Positions 46,703-47,048 of a DNA stretch of 47,048 bases are shown in pieces. The position numbers were made by a program, and so were the translations under genes. The notes under the pieces are model-generated. The model had not been told where the DNA came from. It searched no databases and saw nothing but the letters and a program-made list of their open reading frames with translations. Where the stretch lies: positions 1 to 47,048 of the IMG/VR virus record IMGVR_UViG_3300043473_000082. One strand, written 5' to 3'. The stretch comes from a virus. Every line of letters begins with the position of its first letter. The stretch's first letter is position 1.

Positions 46703-47048
46703 TTACAGCGTTGTCCGTAACGATGATTTGCGCGTCGACGGTGACTTGAAGCTATCCGCGCCGCCGACCCAGTATTTCGGCGGATCGAGCACCGCGCCGC
46801 CGAGCGCGTCACCGGCGCCGGCGCCGCCGAGGGCCGGGTTGCCGGCGGCGGTGGGCTGGGTGATGGCGCCGCCGGCCGTGATCGGCGCGCCGATCGGCGT
46901 GTGCGCCAGCTTGTCGGCCGCCGCCGCATCCGCGGCGGCCTTGTCGGCGGCCGCCTTGTCGGACGCGGCCTTGTCGGCGGCGGCCTTGTCGGCAGCAGCC
47001 TTGTCGGCGGCAGCCTTGTCGGCGGCTGCCTGGTCCTTAGCCGCCTTG
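46703..47048 (-). CDS. C-terminal part of wrap-around paralog B (see 1-315; 46922-47048 duplicates 1-127)
   Basis: Manual translation ...AADKLAHTPIGAPITAGGAITQPTAAGNPALGGAGAGDALGGAVLDPPKYWVGGADSFKSPSTRKSSLRTTL, stop TAA at 46705-46703. In frame with base 1 after removing the overlap. Confidence 0.8.
   Translation of the reverse strand, partial: KAAKDQAAADKAAADKAAADKAAADKAASDKAAADKAAADAAAADKLAHTPIGAPITAGGAITQPTAAGNPALGGAGAGDALGGAVLDPPKYWVGGADSFKSPSTRKSSLRTTL

Noticed and set aside
46922-47048. The terminal 127-nt repeat, considered as a biological direct terminal repeat.
   Set aside because: Its length matches a typical assembler k-mer overlap. It falls inside a coding tandem-repeat tract, and joining the ends restores an intact ORF. 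It is treated as a circularisation artefact until read-terminus data say otherwise.

Overview
The window is a complete, circularly closed, high-GC tailed-phage genome. Bases 1-127 are identical to 46922-47048, so the unique length is 46,921 bp, and one gene runs through the junction. Gene order is podovirus/T7-like, but no phage RNA polymerase, integrase, tRNA or CRISPR array was seen. A ~29-kb minus-strand late block runs 19277 -> 1, then 47048 -> 37203. It encodes three fibre-type proteins (two with paralogous C-terminal modules), collagen-like and Ig-like accessories, and a trio of small membrane/lipoprotein genes missing from the ORF track. It continues with an HExxH protein, TerL, a large portal with Gly/Met-rich insertions, scaffold, major capsid and adaptor/nozzle proteins. 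The block ends with a gp13-like protein, a GNAT acetyltransferase, a tandem family of Gly-start (MGGKGGGGG) proteins and large internal/ejection proteins. The last ejection protein (1145 aa) carries M15-peptidase-like and SleB-like cell-wall hydrolase signatures. The other ~18 kb consists of short alternating operons. These are: early small genes (19322-22477, +); a prim-pol/SF3 primase-helicase plus VRR-NUC (-); and a Cas4-like nuclease, family A DNA polymerase and SNF2 helicase (+). They are followed by a Cro-like/methyltransferase operon (-) and a plus-strand accessory block (34535-37271). The most unusual items are: (1) a self-contained PEP-CTERM (PEPxxWA-type) exosortase-substrate moron; (2) the MGGKGGGGG/PPKYWVGG paralog family, translationally coupled to a GNAT gene; (3) a five-gene array of minigenes carrying a 26-nt repeat, nearly invariant at the DNA level, that encodes RIEQLEAAL; (4) a small capsid-adjacent protein whose pattern resembles Acb2/Tad1-type nucleotide sponges; (5) a shared TCAGA-N3-TCTGA operator at two divergent promoter regions; (6) an 89-nt hairpin downstream of the primase-helicase gene. 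All functional calls rest on motif reading by eye. No database search was possible.
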